This document shows, one piece after another, positions 29,520-40,974 of a stretch of 64,000 nt of DNA (positions within the stretch are counted from its first letter, which is position 1; each line of letters begins with the position of its first letter). The DNA comes from an uncultured delta proteobacterium (lineage in GTDB: Bacteria; Desulfobacterota; Binatia; UBA9968), in NCBI GenBank assembly GCA_963771465.1, contig CAVYTU010000002.1:64001-128000 (forward strand), written 5' to 3'. The position numbers and the translations under genes are program-made. The notes beneath the pieces were generated by a model, which worked only from the letters and a program-made list of their open reading frames with translations, made no database searches and had not been told where the DNA came from.

Positions 29520-29807
29520 TTAGCAGTAAAAAAATTCGATGCCGGCCGCGCCGACTTCGGCCAAACCCAACTCATCGACAAACTCGACGACCTTGGTCAG
29601 TGTCGCTTCGATGATCGGCCGGCTGGTGCCGGCGATCGCGAAGCCGAGCAGGGTGCTTTGCCACAAGTCCTGATCGCCGCACTCAGCAACGGAAATATTG
29701 AATCGATGCGACACCCGCGCCTGGATTCGCTTGATGACTCCCCGCTTGCCCTTGAGGGAATGATTTTCGGGAATCACCAGGTTGAGCTTGAGAACACCGA
29801 CAACCAT
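29520..29807 (-). CDS. DUF503 (YlxP) family protein
   Basis: SLKGKR, FNISVAE, QDLWQ; lies between infB and rbfA. Confidence 0.9.
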   Translation of the reverse strand: MVVGVLKLNLVIPENHSLKGKRGVIKRIQARVSHRFNISVAECGDQDLWQSTLLGFAIAGTSRPIIEATLTKVVEFVDELGLAEVGAAGIEFFYC

Positions 29808-29843
29808 GGAGAAAATGGCAACCGAAAGGATTGCGCCTACGAC

Positions 29844-32579
29844 CTAGACGCGCGCTTCACGCCCGGACGGAGTTGGATTGATCCTGCGAATGACGGGAAT
29901 CTTCTCGTAAGCTCTCGATCACATCGCCTTGTTTCAAATCCTGATATCCTTCGAGCGAGAGGCCGCATTCATAACCCGCGGCCACTTCGCGCACGTCGTC
30001 CTTGAACCGCTTCAAGCTTGCCAGCTTGCCTTCGTGCACCACCACTTGGTCGCGCAACAGACGAACCGAGTGGCCGCGCGCCACTTTGCCTTCAGTGACG
30101 TAGCATCCGGCGATGGTGCCGACGCCGACGATGTTGAAGATCTGGCGAATCTCGACGCGGCCGTGCACTTGCTCGCGGTAAGTCGGCTCGAGCATGCCTT
30201 CCATGGCGGCACGTACATCGGCGACCGCTTCGTAAATGATCGTGTAGAGGCGCACGTCGACGCCTTCTTTCGCGGCCAAGGCCGCGCCTTTCGATTCCGG
30301 CCGCACGTTGAAACCGATAACGATGGCGTTCGATGCGGCAGCGAGCAAGATATCGCTCTCGGTGATGCCGCCCACCGAACCGTGCAGAACTCTCAGCTTG
30401 ACGTCATTGGTGGACATCCGTGTTAAAGCCTCGGTCACCGCCTCGACGGAACCTTGCACATCGGCTTTGAGTACGACGCGCAGTTCTTTGACATCGCCGG
30501 CCTTGATTTGACTGTAAATTCTTCGAGCGACACTTTGCTCGATTTGACCAATTCGGTTTCGCGCTGCTTGCCGTGGCGGAACTCAGCCACTTGGCGCGCT
30601 TTGGCTTCATCGGCCACCGCGACGAATGAATCGCCGGCCAGCGGCACGCCCTGCAAGCCCAAAATTTCCACCGGGAACGACGGCGGCGCCGCATCTACTT
30701 TGCGCCCTTGATCGTCGATCATGGCGCGCACTTTGCCGTAAAACACGCCACAGACAAATGCGTCGCCGACATGCAGCGTGCCTTCCTGCACCAACACTGT
30801 CGCCACGGGACCGCGGCCGCGGTCGAGTTTCGCTTCGACAATCGTGCCGCGCGCCAGTTTGTCGGGGTTGGCTTTGAGCTCCAAGATATCGGCCTGGAGC
30901 TGGAGCATTTCCAACAAGTGCGGAATACCTTCATGGGTTTTCGCCGACACCGGCGCGAACACCGCATCGCCGCCCCAATCCTCAGAGAGCAGACCATATT
31001 CGGACAATCCTCTTTTTACTTTTTCCAAATCAGCATCGGGCCGGTCGATCTTATTGACCGCGACGAGGATCGGCACCTCGGCAGCGCGGGCATGGTTGAT
31101 CGCTTCCACCGTCTGCGGCATGACCCCGTCGTCGGCGGCGACCACCAACACGACGATGTCGGTGACCTTCGCGCCGCGCGCGCGCATGGCGGTGAACGCT
31201 TCATGGCCCGGCGTGTCGAGAAAGGTCACGCTACGGCCGTCGACTTGGACGTGATAGGCGCCGATATGTTGGGTGATGCCGCCATGTTCTTGCGCGGTCA
31301 CATGGGTGCTGCGAATCGCATCGAGCAAGGAGGTCTTGCCATGATCGACGTGGCCCATGATGGTCACGACCGGCGAACGTGGCATCAGTGCGCTTTCCTG
31401 CTCTTCCGCTTGATGCTCGACTTCCAACATGCTGTCGACGTCGAAGGCGACGTTCTCAACTTGATGATCGAATTCTGAGGCGATCAAAGTCGCGGTGTCG
31501 GCATCGAGCACTTGGTTGATCGTCGCCATCATGCCCATGCCCATCAGTTTCTTGATCACGTCGCCGGCTTTGACGCCCATCTCACGCGACAGATCGCCGA
31601 CGGTAACCACTTCGGAAATTTTGATAACGCGTTTGCTCGCCTTTGGAACCGTGATCTCGGTTTTGCGGACTTCTTTGCCAGGCAACACCCGGCGCTTTTT
31701 TTGAAACCGTCCGCCGCGCAGCTCACTCTCGCGGGTCTCCAACACATCTTGCTTTTTAACCACGCGTTTTTTGTGCCGTCCGGTTTTCGGTTTGTCCGCG
31801 TCGCCCGGTGCGGGTGGCGCCCCGTCTGCCGGCCTGGCCGCATCAGTGGGGCGAGACCCAGGCGCGCCTGCTGGAGGTCGGCGTAGGACCGGCGTCGGCG
31901 CCGGTTCGATGCGCATGGTTTGTTTAAGATCGATACGGCCAAGGATACGCGCGCCACGCGGTGCCTCGGGTTGTGCGGCCGGCGCCGGCTTCGCGGCTGG
32001 CGCGACTACGTCCGGGGTCGGCAGAGGCTTAGCCACGCGGGTCAGTTCTGCCGCGATGTCACTTTCAGCTTCAGCTGGAACCGGCGCTGGCGCCGGTTCA
32101 ACGATCGATTCGACAACTTCGGGTACGGGTTCGCCTTCGGGGGCAACAACGACTGGAACCTCTTCTTCTTCGACCGGTTCGGGAGCCGACACGGTTTCCA
32201 CCGGAACAACCGGTTCTTGGGCGATCGGCTCATGAATAACTTCGTTCGCTTCCGACGGCGCAACTTCGATGCGGCTGGTGCGCCGGCGAATGACGTTGGC
32301 GCGCACGCGCCGCTCGACCACGGTCTCGCGCGATTCGATACCGCTCTGCCCTTCTTCTTCCGCCTTCACGACGCGGTCGGCGACGACTTTTTCTTCGCCA
32401 ACGTGCACCTGCGGCTTTTCCAACGCGGCGAACGCGGCGCGCACGCGCGTCACCTCGTCGTCTTCAAGCGCGCTTTGGGCTTTGCGCCCGCGCATTCCCA
32501 TCTTATCCAACTGGGCGATCAAATCTTTGGTCTCGATACCCAGGTCTTTGGCTAACAGATGGACTCTCGTCTTTCCCAT
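29844..32579 (-). CDS. infB: Translation initiation factor IF-2 (frameshifts at ~30517 and ~29912)
   Basis: [41 protein letters not shown]; C-terminus restored as [19 protein letters not shown]. Confidence 0.95.
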
Positions 32580-32585
32580 CGCGTC

Positions 32586-32855
32586 TTACTCCCACTCTCG
32601 CTCGGCTAATTCGTCGATCAATTTTGATTTTACCGCCCGGCTAATCTCGGCATGAAACGCGCGGTAATGACCTTTGCGATTGACGAATGCTTTTTGACAG
32701 CTCGGTGCGCGGTGCAAATATCCGCCGCGCCCCCGATCACTTTCAACTTGTATTTGATCCTGGCCCGTCACGGCCAACCTAAGCAACTTATCCTTATCGT
32801 CCCGCGCACCGCATCCTAAACAGGTTCGTTGCGCTCTGTGCGCTCGCTTCGCCAC
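32586..32855 (-). CDS. ylxR: YlxR/RnpM (DUF448) family protein
   Basis: RTCLGC, LLRL, GRGGY; lies between nusA and infB. Confidence 0.85.
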   Translation of the reverse strand: MAKRAHRAQRTCLGCGARDDKDKLLRLAVTGQDQIQVESDRGRGGYLHRAPSCQKAFVNRKGHYRAFHAEISRAVKSKLIDELAEREWE

Positions 32856-32877
32856 TCGGAGTAACCGGAGCCGCCGT

Positions 32878-34230
32878 CTATGATTCTGGCTCGGGTGACG
32901 TTTCCGTGATCAGCGCGGCTTCTGCGGCTAACGCCGCTGCGGCGGCGCTGGCGGCCGCCGCGCTAGCCGCGAGTTCCGCTTCCTGCACCCGCTTTTCAGC
33001 CACATACTGTTTCGCCGACTTGTGCAACGCCTCGGCTTTCTCTTTGCTGATTCCCTCGACGTCGAGAATATCATCGAGTTCGCTGTCGGCCACGTCTTCA
33101 GCGGATTTGAATCCAGCCTGGTAGAGCAGCTCGCCGGCAATATCACCGATGCCCGGTATGGCATTGATCGACTGGCGCGCTTTTCGGGTCTCTTCTTCCG
33201 CCTCGGCTTCGCTACAGACATCGATGCGCCAGCCGGTAAGACGGGAAGCGAGGCGGACGTTTTGCCCCTTTTTGCCGATCGCCAGCGACAGCATATCGTC
33301 GGGGACCACGACCTCCATCGTATGATCGTCGTCATCGATAATAATCTTGGCAACCTTGGCCGGCGCCAGGGCGCGGCAAACATATTCGGCTTGATCGGCA
33401 ATCCAATGCACGATGTCGATTTTTTCGCCGCGCAACTCCTGCACCACCGACTGCACCCGCGTGCCCTTCATGCCCACGCAAGCACCCACCGGATCGACGT
33501 CGGGGTCATGCGACACCACGGCGATCTTGGCCCGTCCGCCCGGCTCCCGCGCCGCGCCTTTGACTTCGACGATGCCTTCGTAAATTTCCGGCACTTCCTG
33601 GGCGAACAATTGAATCAACATGCCAGGATGGGTGCGCGACAAGACGATCTGCGGGCCGCGGCTGGTGATCTCGACGCTGACGATAAAAGCGCGAATCCGG
33701 TCGCCCTGGCGATAACGCTCGCGCGGCACCTGTTCTTTTTCCGGCAAGATCGCGTCGGTGCGGCCGAGGTTGACGATGATGTTGCGCTTTTCGAAACGCT
33801 GCACGATGCCGTTGACCAATTGGCCTTCGCGCCCTTTGAACTCATTGAAAATAATTTCCCGCTCGGCGTCACGCACCCGCTGAACGATGTTTTGTTTAGC
33901 CGCCTGTGCGGCGATGCGGCCGAATACACTCGAGTCCAGTTTGCAAAGCAACTCATCGCCGACTTCAGCGTCCGGGTCGAGGTTCTCGCGGGCGTCGTCC
34001 TTGGTAATCTCGGTGGCTGCATCCTGGACCGTTTCGACGACGGTCTTGGCTTCGAAAAGTTCGACTTCGCCGATCTCGGGATTGAACTGCGCCTCGATCT
34101 TACGCTGGTGGCCGAAGGTTTTCTTCGCCGCCGATATCATGGCATTTTCCAAGGCGCTGATCAGAATCGCTTTGTCGATGCCCTTTTCCTTGCTCACTTG
34201 CTCAATAACTCGATTTAAGTCTTGCTGCAT
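32878..34230 (-). CDS. nusA: Transcription termination factor NusA
   Basis: [40 protein letters not shown]. Confidence 0.97.
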   Translation of the reverse strand: MQQDLNRVIEQVSKEKGIDKAILISALENAMISAAKKTFGHQRKIEAQFNPEIGEVELFEAKTVVETVQDAATEITKDDARENLDPDAEVGDELLCKLDSSVFGRIAAQAAKQNIVQRVRDAEREIIFNEFKGREGQLVNGIVQRFEKRNIIVNLGRTDAILPEKEQVPRERYRQGDRIRAFIVSVEITSRGPQIVLSRTHPGMLIQLFAQEVPEIYEGIVEVKGAAREPGGRAKIAVVSHDPDVDPVGACVGMKGTRVQSVVQELRGEKIDIVHWIADQAEYVCRALAPAKVAKIIIDDDDHTMEVVVPDDMLSLAIGKKGQNVRLASRLTGWRIDVCSEAEAEEETRKARQSINAIPGIGDIAGELLYQAGFKSAEDVADSELDDILDVEGISKEKAEALHKSAKQYVAEKRVQEAELAASAAAASAAAAALAAEAALITETSPEPES

Positions 34231-34231
34231 A

Positions 34232-34702
34232 TTAGGCACTCCAGTCGTGCTCGTAATTGGATTTTTCAATCACTGAAAATGGGATTTCGAACTTGGCGCC
34301 GTCTTGATTCACGGCAATCTTCTCCGTGGACACTTCGAGCAACTCACCGAGAAATGCGCGTCTACCATTAATCATGTCGCGGGTGCGCACACGGATCTTC
34401 TTGCCGACGAAGCGGGCAAAATGCTCCGGCCGTTTGAGCGGTCGGTTGATCCCAGGAGAGGATACCTCCAAAGTATATGCGCCCTCGACGACATCTTCGT
34501 GCTCGTCCAAGAGGTCGCTCAGGCCGCGGCTTACCCGGCTGAGATCCTCCATGCTCGGGCCACCTTCTTTATCGAGATAGACGCGCAAAACCCGACCGCC
34601 GCGCCCGCCGTCAGGCTTGAGTTCAATATCGACGATCTCCAGCTCTTGGCTTTGCGCCAAAGGCGCTGCGAGTTCCCACACCCGGTTAATCGCTGTGTCC
34701 AT
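34232..34702 (-). CDS. rimP: Ribosome maturation factor RimP
   Basis: LRVYLDK, YTLEVSSPGINRPL; operon position. Confidence 0.95.
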   Translation of the reverse strand: MDTAINRVWELAAPLAQSQELEIVDIELKPDGGRGGRVLRVYLDKEGGPSMEDLSRVSRGLSDLLDEHEDVVEGAYTLEVSSPGINRPLKRPEHFARFVGKKIRVRTRDMINGRRAFLGELLEVSTEKIAVNQDGAKFEIPFSVIEKSNYEHDWSA

Positions 34703-34734
34703 CTGACTGCCCAACCGTTTCCGACCCCAGAAAC

Positions 34735-34759
34735 AAAAAAAGCGGGCAGAGCCCACTTC
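34735..34759 (-). promoter_or_regulatory. rimP leader hairpin/attenuator
   Basis: GTGGGC-TCT-GCCCGC followed by T7, just upstream of rimP; matches the widespread GGGC..GCCC rimP-leader terminator. Confidence 0.7.
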
Positions 34760-34889
34760 GAGTACTAACTCCGAAAGTGTAAAGAATTTACTACCATAGT
34801 GATGCGCGGCATTGCAAGTCCGCCAGCCTCGCGGCGTTTGCGCCTGGGACGGTTTTTGCTATGCTCGATTTTCACTACTCGGATCAACC

Positions 34890-35999
34890 ATGGATGCTAC
34901 CACGCCGCAACTGCGCACGCCGGCACCGCAAATTTCCTGGGAGCAGATTCTCAGCAATTTGGACGACGGTGTGATCACGGTCGACCTCGAAGGTAAGATC
35001 GGCTTTTTCAACGAAGCCGCCGAAGTGCTCACCGAAATCTCCTCGGCGGCAACCACCGGTCAGCGCTTAGAACAGATATTCAAACGCGAGCCTTGGCTGC
35101 TCGGCCTCGTGGGCAAAAGCCAACCGCCGCGCCAAGAGAGCGCTCGCGGCGAAGGTGATTTTGTCACCCGCTGGGGTCGAAAGACTCCCGTCAGCGTCAC
35201 CGTATCGCCGTTAGTCGACCCGCAAGGAGAGTTTCTTGGCTCGATCATGCTGCTGCGCGACATCAAACACCGCCGAGAACTCGAAGAGGATTTAAAGCGC
35301 GCCGACCGCCTCGCGCTCATGGGCACCTTGGCAGCGGGCCTCGCTCACGAAATTAGAAATCCTCTCGGCGGTATCAAGGGCGCCGCGCAATTACTGCGTC
35401 GCTCCGTTGATGGCATACCATCGGTCAAGGAATTCACCGACATCATGATCCGCGAGGTCGATCGGGTGAATCAGTTGATCGAGCAACTGCTCGACCTGTC
35501 CCGCCCCGCCGAGCTCGACCTCGCGCCAGTCAATATTCATGAGGTTCTCGACGATGTCTTATTGCTCGAAAGCCAAACGATCGGTGAGAAGGGGATCGAG
35601 ATCAGAAAACGCTTTGATCCGAGCTTGCCGCCGATCCGCGGCGACCGGGCGCAACTCACGCAAGTTTTTTTGAACTTGGTAAAAAACGCCTTTCAGGCGA
35701 TGGGCGAGCGCGGCACGCTAACCGTGGCGAGCCGGCTGGAAACCGATTTTCGCATTCGCGGTGAAGGAACATCGGCGAGCCGCTTTATTTGGATCGACAT
35801 CGCGGACGAAGGCGCGGGCATTAGCGAAGAAGATCTGCCGCAAATCTTTTCGCCGTTCTTCACGACCAAAACCAGCGGCACCGGACTGGGCTTAGCCACC
35901 TGCTACCGGATCATTAAAGAACACGGCGGCACGATCCGCGTTGAAAGCATTCTGGGTCAAGGCAGCACGTTTAAAATCTCCTTAGTCGTGGCGGATTGA
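34890..35999 (+). CDS. PAS-domain sensor histidine kinase (NtrB-like)
   Basis: PAS domain, LAHEIRNPL H-box, NLVKNA, DEGAG, FFTTK, GTGLGL. Confidence 0.9.
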   Translation: MDATTPQLRTPAPQISWEQILSNLDDGVITVDLEGKIGFFNEAAEVLTEISSAATTGQRLEQIFKREPWLLGLVGKSQPPRQESARGEGDFVTRWGRKTPVSVTVSPLVDPQGEFLGSIMLLRDIKHRRELEEDLKRADRLALMGTLAAGLAHEIRNPLGGIKGAAQLLRRSVDGIPSVKEFTDIMIREVDRVNQLIEQLLDLSRPAELDLAPVNIHEVLDDVLLLESQTIGEKGIEIRKRFDPSLPPIRGDRAQLTQVFLNLVKNAFQAMGERGTLTVASRLETDFRIRGEGTSASRFIWIDIADEGAGISEEDLPQIFSPFFTTKTSGTGLGLATCYRIIKEHGGTIRVESILGQGSTFKISLVVAD

Positions 36000-36002
36000 A
36001 GT

Positions 36003-37445
36003 ATGGATCAAGGCAAAATTCTCGTTACCGAAGACGAAGAATCGCTCCGCTTTGTGTTACAGAAAGCGCTCGAAGCAGATGGCTACTTCGTGCAAACCGC
36101 GGCGAACGGCGCCACCGCCAGGCGACTCCTCGCCGAACACCATTTCGACGTGTCGCTGATGGACATCAAGCTACCCGACATCGACGGCTTGGAGTTGCTC
36201 AAGGAATTTAAAGAGAGCGGCATCGAGACCGCGATGATCATGATGACCGCGCAAAACACCATGCGCAATGCCATCGGCGCGATGAAAAACGGCGCCTTCG
36301 ATTACATCACCAAACCCTTCGACCTGGACGAAGTGCTCTTGCTGGTCAAGCGCGCCGTCGATAGCCGCAAACTGACCCGCGACTTTCGCGAGCTCAAGGA
36401 GGAAGTCAAGAAACGCTTCGAGCCCGGCGTCAACATCATCGGCACCAGCTCGAGCATGCAAAGCGTCTACAAGATCATCGGCCAAGTGGTTGATACCCAA
36501 GCGACGATTCTGATTTTGGGCGAGAGCGGCACCGGCAAAGAATTGGTCGCCAAGACGATTCACTACAACTCGCCGCGCTGGAACCAGCCTTTTATCGCGA
36601 TCAATTGCGCCGCCATTCCCCGCGATCTGCTCGAGAGCGAACTGTTCGGCCATGAGAAAGGCTCTTTCACCGGCGCGCTTGACCGCCGGCTCGGCAAGTT
36701 TGAATTGGCCGAGAGCGGAACTTTGTTCCTCGACGAAGTCGGCGACATCCCGCTCGACTTGCAGACCAAGCTGCTGCGTGTACTGCAAGATCACGAGTAC
36801 GGCCGCGTCGGCGGACGCGAGGTGCTCAAAGCCGACGTGCGGATTCTTGCCGCTACCAATCAGGACTTGGAGAAAGCCGTCAAGGAGAAACGTTTCCGTG
36901 AAGATCTCTATTTTCGACTCAAGGTGATTCCAATTCATCTGCCGCCGCTGCGCGAACGGCGCGGCGACATCGCGCTCCTGATCGGCTATTTCATCGACAA
37001 GATCAATCGCGAGATGGGCATTCAGGTCTCGGGCGTTTCGCCCGACGCGCAAAAACTTCTCGAAGAACACTCCTGGCCGGGCAACGTCCGAGAACTGGAG
37101 AACACTCTCATCCGCGCCGCCGTTTTGTCGCCCGGACCGATTCTCTTTCCCAAAGATTTCACTTTGCAGAACAAACCGACGACGGCGAGCTTGGATGTCG
37201 ACCAACTTTCGCTCGAAGAAATCATTCGCCATAAGCTGGTCGATTACTTCCGCCGTATGGAAGGCGTCGACGTCGACAATCTCTATTCCTTGGTCATCGA
37301 ACGGGTCGAACGGCCACTGATCGAATTAACCCTCAAGAAAACCAAAGGCAATCAGATCCGCGCCGCGCAACTCCTCGGCATCAACCGCAACACGCTGCGC
37401 AAAAAGATCACCGATCTGCGCATCGAGCTCAAGAAAGAATCCTGA
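36003..37445 (+). CDS. Sigma-54-dependent response regulator (NtrC-like)
   Basis: Receiver domain, [22 protein letters not shown], Fis-type [14 protein letters not shown]. Confidence 0.93.
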   Translation: MDQGKILVTEDEESLRFVLQKALEADGYFVQTAANGATARRLLAEHHFDVSLMDIKLPDIDGLELLKEFKESGIETAMIMMTAQNTMRNAIGAMKNGAFDYITKPFDLDEVLLLVKRAVDSRKLTRDFRELKEEVKKRFEPGVNIIGTSSSMQSVYKIIGQVVDTQATILILGESGTGKELVAKTIHYNSPRWNQPFIAINCAAIPRDLLESELFGHEKGSFTGALDRRLGKFELAESGTLFLDEVGDIPLDLQTKLLRVLQDHEYGRVGGREVLKADVRILAATNQDLEKAVKEKRFREDLYFRLKVIPIHLPPLRERRGDIALLIGYFIDKINREMGIQVSGVSPDAQKLLEEHSWPGNVRELENTLIRAAVLSPGPILFPKDFTLQNKPTTASLDVDQLSLEEIIRHKLVDYFRRMEGVDVDNLYSLVIERVERPLIELTLKKTKGNQIRAAQLLGINRNTLRKKITDLRIELKKES

Positions 37446-37452
37446 TAAGCCC

Positions 37453-38079
37453 ATGTCGCTCCTCTTGCCGCCACTCTACACGATCCTCGATCCGGAGCAG
37501 ACTAAAAACCGGACGGTCGATCTCGTAATGGAGCAATTGCTCGAAGGCGGCGCGCAGCTTCTCCAGCTCCGCGTGAAATCGCTGCCGGCGAGGGATTTTA
37601 TGGAATTGGCCCGCGAAATGCGGCAGCGAACCCGCGCCGCTGGCTGTAAACTTATTGTCAATGATCGCATCGACATCGCGCTCGCCGGCGACGCCGAGGG
37701 CGTTCATTTAGGCCAAGACGATTTACCGCTAGTCGCTGGCAAAAAACTGATGGGGAACAAAATCGTCGGCATCTCGACCCACGACGTCGCGCAAGCCAAA
37801 GAAGCCGAACGAAACGGCGCCGATTACATCGGCTTCGGTCCCATGTTCGGCACCACGACGAAAAACACGGGCCTAAGCGCCCGCGGCATCGACATGCTCA
37901 AGCAAATCCGCGCCGCGGTAAAAATCCCCATCGTCGCCATCGGCGGCATCAATGAACACAACGTCTCCCAAGTCTGGCAGGCCGGCGCAGAGTCGGCGGC
38001 GATCATCAGTGATATCTTGGGGGCGGACGATATCGCCGCGAAGGTAAAGCGAATTCTATCGCTCGCTCCGCTACGTTGA
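37453..38079 (+). CDS. thiE: Thiamine-phosphate synthase
   Basis: QLRVK, IVNDR, GVHLGQDD, GISTH, AIGGI. Confidence 0.93.
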   Translation: MSLLLPPLYTILDPEQTKNRTVDLVMEQLLEGGAQLLQLRVKSLPARDFMELAREMRQRTRAAGCKLIVNDRIDIALAGDAEGVHLGQDDLPLVAGKKLMGNKIVGISTHDVAQAKEAERNGADYIGFGPMFGTTTKNTGLSARGIDMLKQIRAAVKIPIVAIGGINEHNVSQVWQAGAESAAIISDILGADDIAAKVKRILSLAPLR

Positions 38080-38107
38080 CGAGATCACTCTCCCGACAAA
38101 TAAAAGC

Positions 38108-38593
38108 ATGGCGAGCAAGTTTAAAAACAAACCCGATAATCGTTACTTCGAAGATTACGTTCCCGGCGCCATCCACGAATTCGGCAACATCGCCGTCGAC
38201 GAACAGGAAGTCATTGAGTTTGGTAAACGCTTCGTGCCGCTTTCCTATCACGTCGACAAAGAAGCGGCAAAAAAAAGTATCTACGGCGGCATCATCGCCA
38301 GCGGCTGGCACACCGCCGCATTGATGATGCGTGTTTACGTGGAAAACTATCTCTCCCCAGTAGCAAATCTCGGCTCCCCTGGCGGCGACGAGTTACGCTG
38401 GGACAAACCGGTCTTTCCCGGCGATGAATTATCCGTGCGCGCCACGGTGCTCGAAGCGCGTCGCTCCGAATCTCGCCCCGACCGCGGCATCGTCCGCACC
38501 TTCATCGAAGTTCTGAATCAAAAGCGCGAAGTGGTGATGAGCATGAAAATGGTGAACTTCGTGAGATGCCGCGACAACTTGAACGGAACTTGA
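38108..38593 (+). CDS. MaoC family dehydratase
   Basis: YFED, YHVD, IASGWHT, PVFPGD. Confidence 0.9.
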   Translation: MASKFKNKPDNRYFEDYVPGAIHEFGNIAVDEQEVIEFGKRFVPLSYHVDKEAAKKSIYGGIIASGWHTAALMMRVYVENYLSPVANLGSPGGDELRWDKPVFPGDELSVRATVLEARRSESRPDRGIVRTFIEVLNQKREVVMSMKMVNFVRCRDNLNGT

Positions 38594-38695
38594 GATTACT
38601 GTGTTGTCGAAGCACTTAGATTCGCCGCTGGCAGGGTCCGACTCAAGGGAATCAGTTTAAACTCCAAGCCAAAATCATTCGACATGCCAATGATC

Positions 38696-39757
38696 TTAGC
38701 GCGCCGGCAGCGGATCGACGCCAGAGAATTTCTTTAACATCTCGATAATCTCAGGATCGCGGGGTGTTTCCTGGATTACTTTTGTAAGTTCTTCGGGCAT
38801 CAGGGGCGAAGCGTCGTCGGTGACTAGCTTTTTAAACTCGGCGCGGAACTCCGGGTCCTTGAAAACCTTGCGTATCGCTTCTTGCAGAATCTCTACTCGA
38901 TCTTTCGGCGTTCCCGGCGGCAACACGAAAGGCGAAGTTACCGTTCTGAAACCGCGCCACATGGTCAAAAGCTTTTTTTCCTTATCGGTTTTGGCGAAGC
39001 TCTCGATCTCCGGCAATTGGGCGAGGCGCGGATGGGACGGTTTATCGTTTTTCGGCACCGCCAGGATCGCGTGAAAGTCCATGACGCCCTTTTCCAACCA
39101 ATCGCGATTGCGGGTTAACACGGAGGTCGCGTTGTTCGCTCGCGAATCGATTTCTCCGTTGTTCAGCGCAACATCGGCTTCCAGCGAAGAATAACCGGTG
39201 ACGAACTTCGGCGCCTTTAAGTCGAGAAAGTAAGCAAACAGCCTTCCGGAAGTATAAGCGACCGCGCCCACTTCCTGAGCGCCGATGCGCACGCCGCTGG
39301 CGGCGCGAAGCTTGTCTAGAGTATTGAGACCAAGCTCGCGCCGCGTGTAGATGACGTTGTGGTTTTCGCTCACCGGCGTACCGAGATAAATGAATTTATC
39401 GATATCGTACATTACGCCGGTCTCTTTCATCACCTGCAAGCCGATGATCGAACTGCTGAGAGCACCGATCGTGAGACCGTCAGGCTTGGCGTTCTGGAAC
39501 ACGTGATTGGCGGCACGGCGTCCGCCGCCGCCTTCAATGAATTCGATCACCAGAGTCGGACTGCCCGGGATATACTTACGCAGGTGCGTCATCACGGTCT
39601 TGACGCGCAATCCCGCCGTGCCGCCGGGATCGTTATTGATGACCTTTATCGTCTTGCCCTGATAAAAAGACGCTTGCGAGAAAACCGCGTTCGGAAAAAC
39701 ACTCAGCTGCAAAAATACCGCGATGGCAAACGTCCGCAGCGCATACATCGTTCTCAT
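38696..39757 (-). CDS. TctC/Bug family substrate-binding protein (orphan)
   Basis: Signal peptide, FYQGKTI, KPDGLT, PPGTPKD. Confidence 0.85.
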   Translation of the reverse strand: MRTMYALRTFAIAVFLQLSVFPNAVFSQASFYQGKTIKVINNDPGGTAGLRVKTVMTHLRKYIPGSPTLVIEFIEGGGGRRAANHVFQNAKPDGLTIGALSSSIIGLQVMKETGVMYDIDKFIYLGTPVSENHNVIYTRRELGLNTLDKLRAASGVRIGAQEVGAVAYTSGRLFAYFLDLKAPKFVTGYSSLEADVALNNGEIDSRANNATSVLTRNRDWLEKGVMDFHAILAVPKNDKPSHPRLAQLPEIESFAKTDKEKKLLTMWRGFRTVTSPFVLPPGTPKDRVEILQEAIRKVFKDPEFRAEFKKLVTDDASPLMPEELTKVIQETPRDPEIIEMLKKFSGVDPLPAR

Positions 39758-39804
39758 ACGAGCGTCCTCAAGCTATCCGCGGCGCATTCACGTCGTCACC
39801 ACGG

Positions 39805-40848
39805 TCAGTAGCCGCAACGATCCGCGACCGCGCGCACGCGCTGGTACTCTGCGTCCAATTCCTTACGTCCCCTCAACTCCTTGTACGCTTCAGTGACCAA
39901 ATCTTGCGCGCAGACTTCTTCAATCGCGGGAACTTCGAAGTTCAACCCGTCGATCAGAGCTTCCTCGCGCAGCATGTCTTCGAATCCCGTGGCGAGGCCG
40001 TCTATTGGGAAGGGCATGCGCTCCAGGCCAACCGGCGTATAGCGGCTGGCATGATGCAGCCGCTCTTCGGGGTCGGGAGTCGTCAGGCGCAGGCGTTTGT
40101 CGAGATTGTAGAGATATTCAAAGTTTTTCGGCATGTCGCGGACGAACCAGTAGGAGCGAATCAGCCCCTTGAGAAAACTCTTCACCAAGTCCGGCCGCTC
40201 TTCGAGAATCTTTCCGGTGGCGGCGATGATCCGTTCGGGCCGGCCGTTGGGATATGAATCTTTGGGCACGACCAAAACGTTGCAGCCCTCTTTTTTGAGC
40301 GAGTCCACCAGCACGCTCGTTATTGGTGCGCATTCGACCTTGCCGGTTTTGAGCGCGTCGACGATCAGGTGAGTCCCGACGCCGCAGCGCACCCATTCGA
40401 CGTCTTTCTCGATATCCAAACCGGCCTTGCGCAACTGAACCTGAATGCCCCAGTGGCGAATGCTGTTGAAGTCGCTGATGCCGACGCGCTTGCCCTTGAG
40501 ATCCGCGAGCGACTTGATATGCGGCGGCCCCATCCACGTCGATGTGTGTTGGTTGCGCCAACCGGCGATGATGTAAACATCGGCGCCGCGCGAGCGCTGG
40601 TAAAAAATCGTCCGCGACTGGACGTCGAGCGCGATGTCGACAGATTTCTCCTTCATCGCTTGAGAGATGCCCAGCTTTTCCAATCCGAAAGGTACCATGG
40701 GATCGCGCAGAATCTGGTAGGCGAGCGACCCGTCCGCAGTCTTGAGCCCCTCATCGTAAAAGAAATTCATCTCATGGGCCGACATGACCGGCATCAGATG
40801 CAACACATGATAACAGGTCGGCGAGATGCGCAATTTTCCGTCTAACAT
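39805..40848 (-). CDS. NMT1/THI5/SsuA-fold protein lacking a signal peptide
   Basis: IKSLADLKGKRVGIS, GLDIEKDV, RPDLVKSFLKG; no hydrophobic N-terminal stretch. Confidence 0.75.
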   Translation of the reverse strand: MLDGKLRISPTCYHVLHLMPVMSAHEMNFFYDEGLKTADGSLAYQILRDPMVPFGLEKLGISQAMKEKSVDIALDVQSRTIFYQRSRGADVYIIAGWRNQHTSTWMGPPHIKSLADLKGKRVGISDFNSIRHWGIQVQLRKAGLDIEKDVEWVRCGVGTHLIVDALKTGKVECAPITSVLVDSLKKEGCNVLVVPKDSYPNGRPERIIAATGKILEERPDLVKSFLKGLIRSYWFVRDMPKNFEYLYNLDKRLRLTTPDPEERLHHASRYTPVGLERMPFPIDGLATGFEDMLREEALIDGLNFEVPAIEEVCAQDLVTEAYKELRGRKELDAEYQRVRAVADRCGY

Positions 40849-40892
40849 TAATTTACTCCTTTTCAGCGATGCAGATTTACTCAGTAGGTTAA

Positions 40893-40961
40893 TTCACCGC
40901 GGAGGTCGCCGAGAAGAGGTTGTGAAAAAACTCTCTGCGAACTCTGCGCCTCCGCGGTAAA
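40893..40961. repeat. REP-like palindrome
   Basis: ttcaccgcggagg...cctccgcggtaaa; related half-element at 63177-63203. Confidence 0.7.
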
Positions 40962-40974
40962 CAAATTCGAAGTC

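Noticed and set aside
31780-32260. Pro/Ala/Glu-rich low-complexity stretch
   Set aside because: Ordinary variable N-terminal linker of IF-2
29844-32579. infB and truB as true pseudogenes or programmed frameshifts
   Set aside because: infB is essential, the indels lack slippery heptamers, and similar indels are scattered across the window, consistent with sequencing error
34757-34890. tRNA expected upstream of rimP
   Set aside because: No cloverleaf or T-loop GTTCRA signature seen
37380-37453. TPP riboswitch ahead of thiE
   Set aside because: thiE follows the NtrC-like gene by 7 nt, leaving no room for an aptamer
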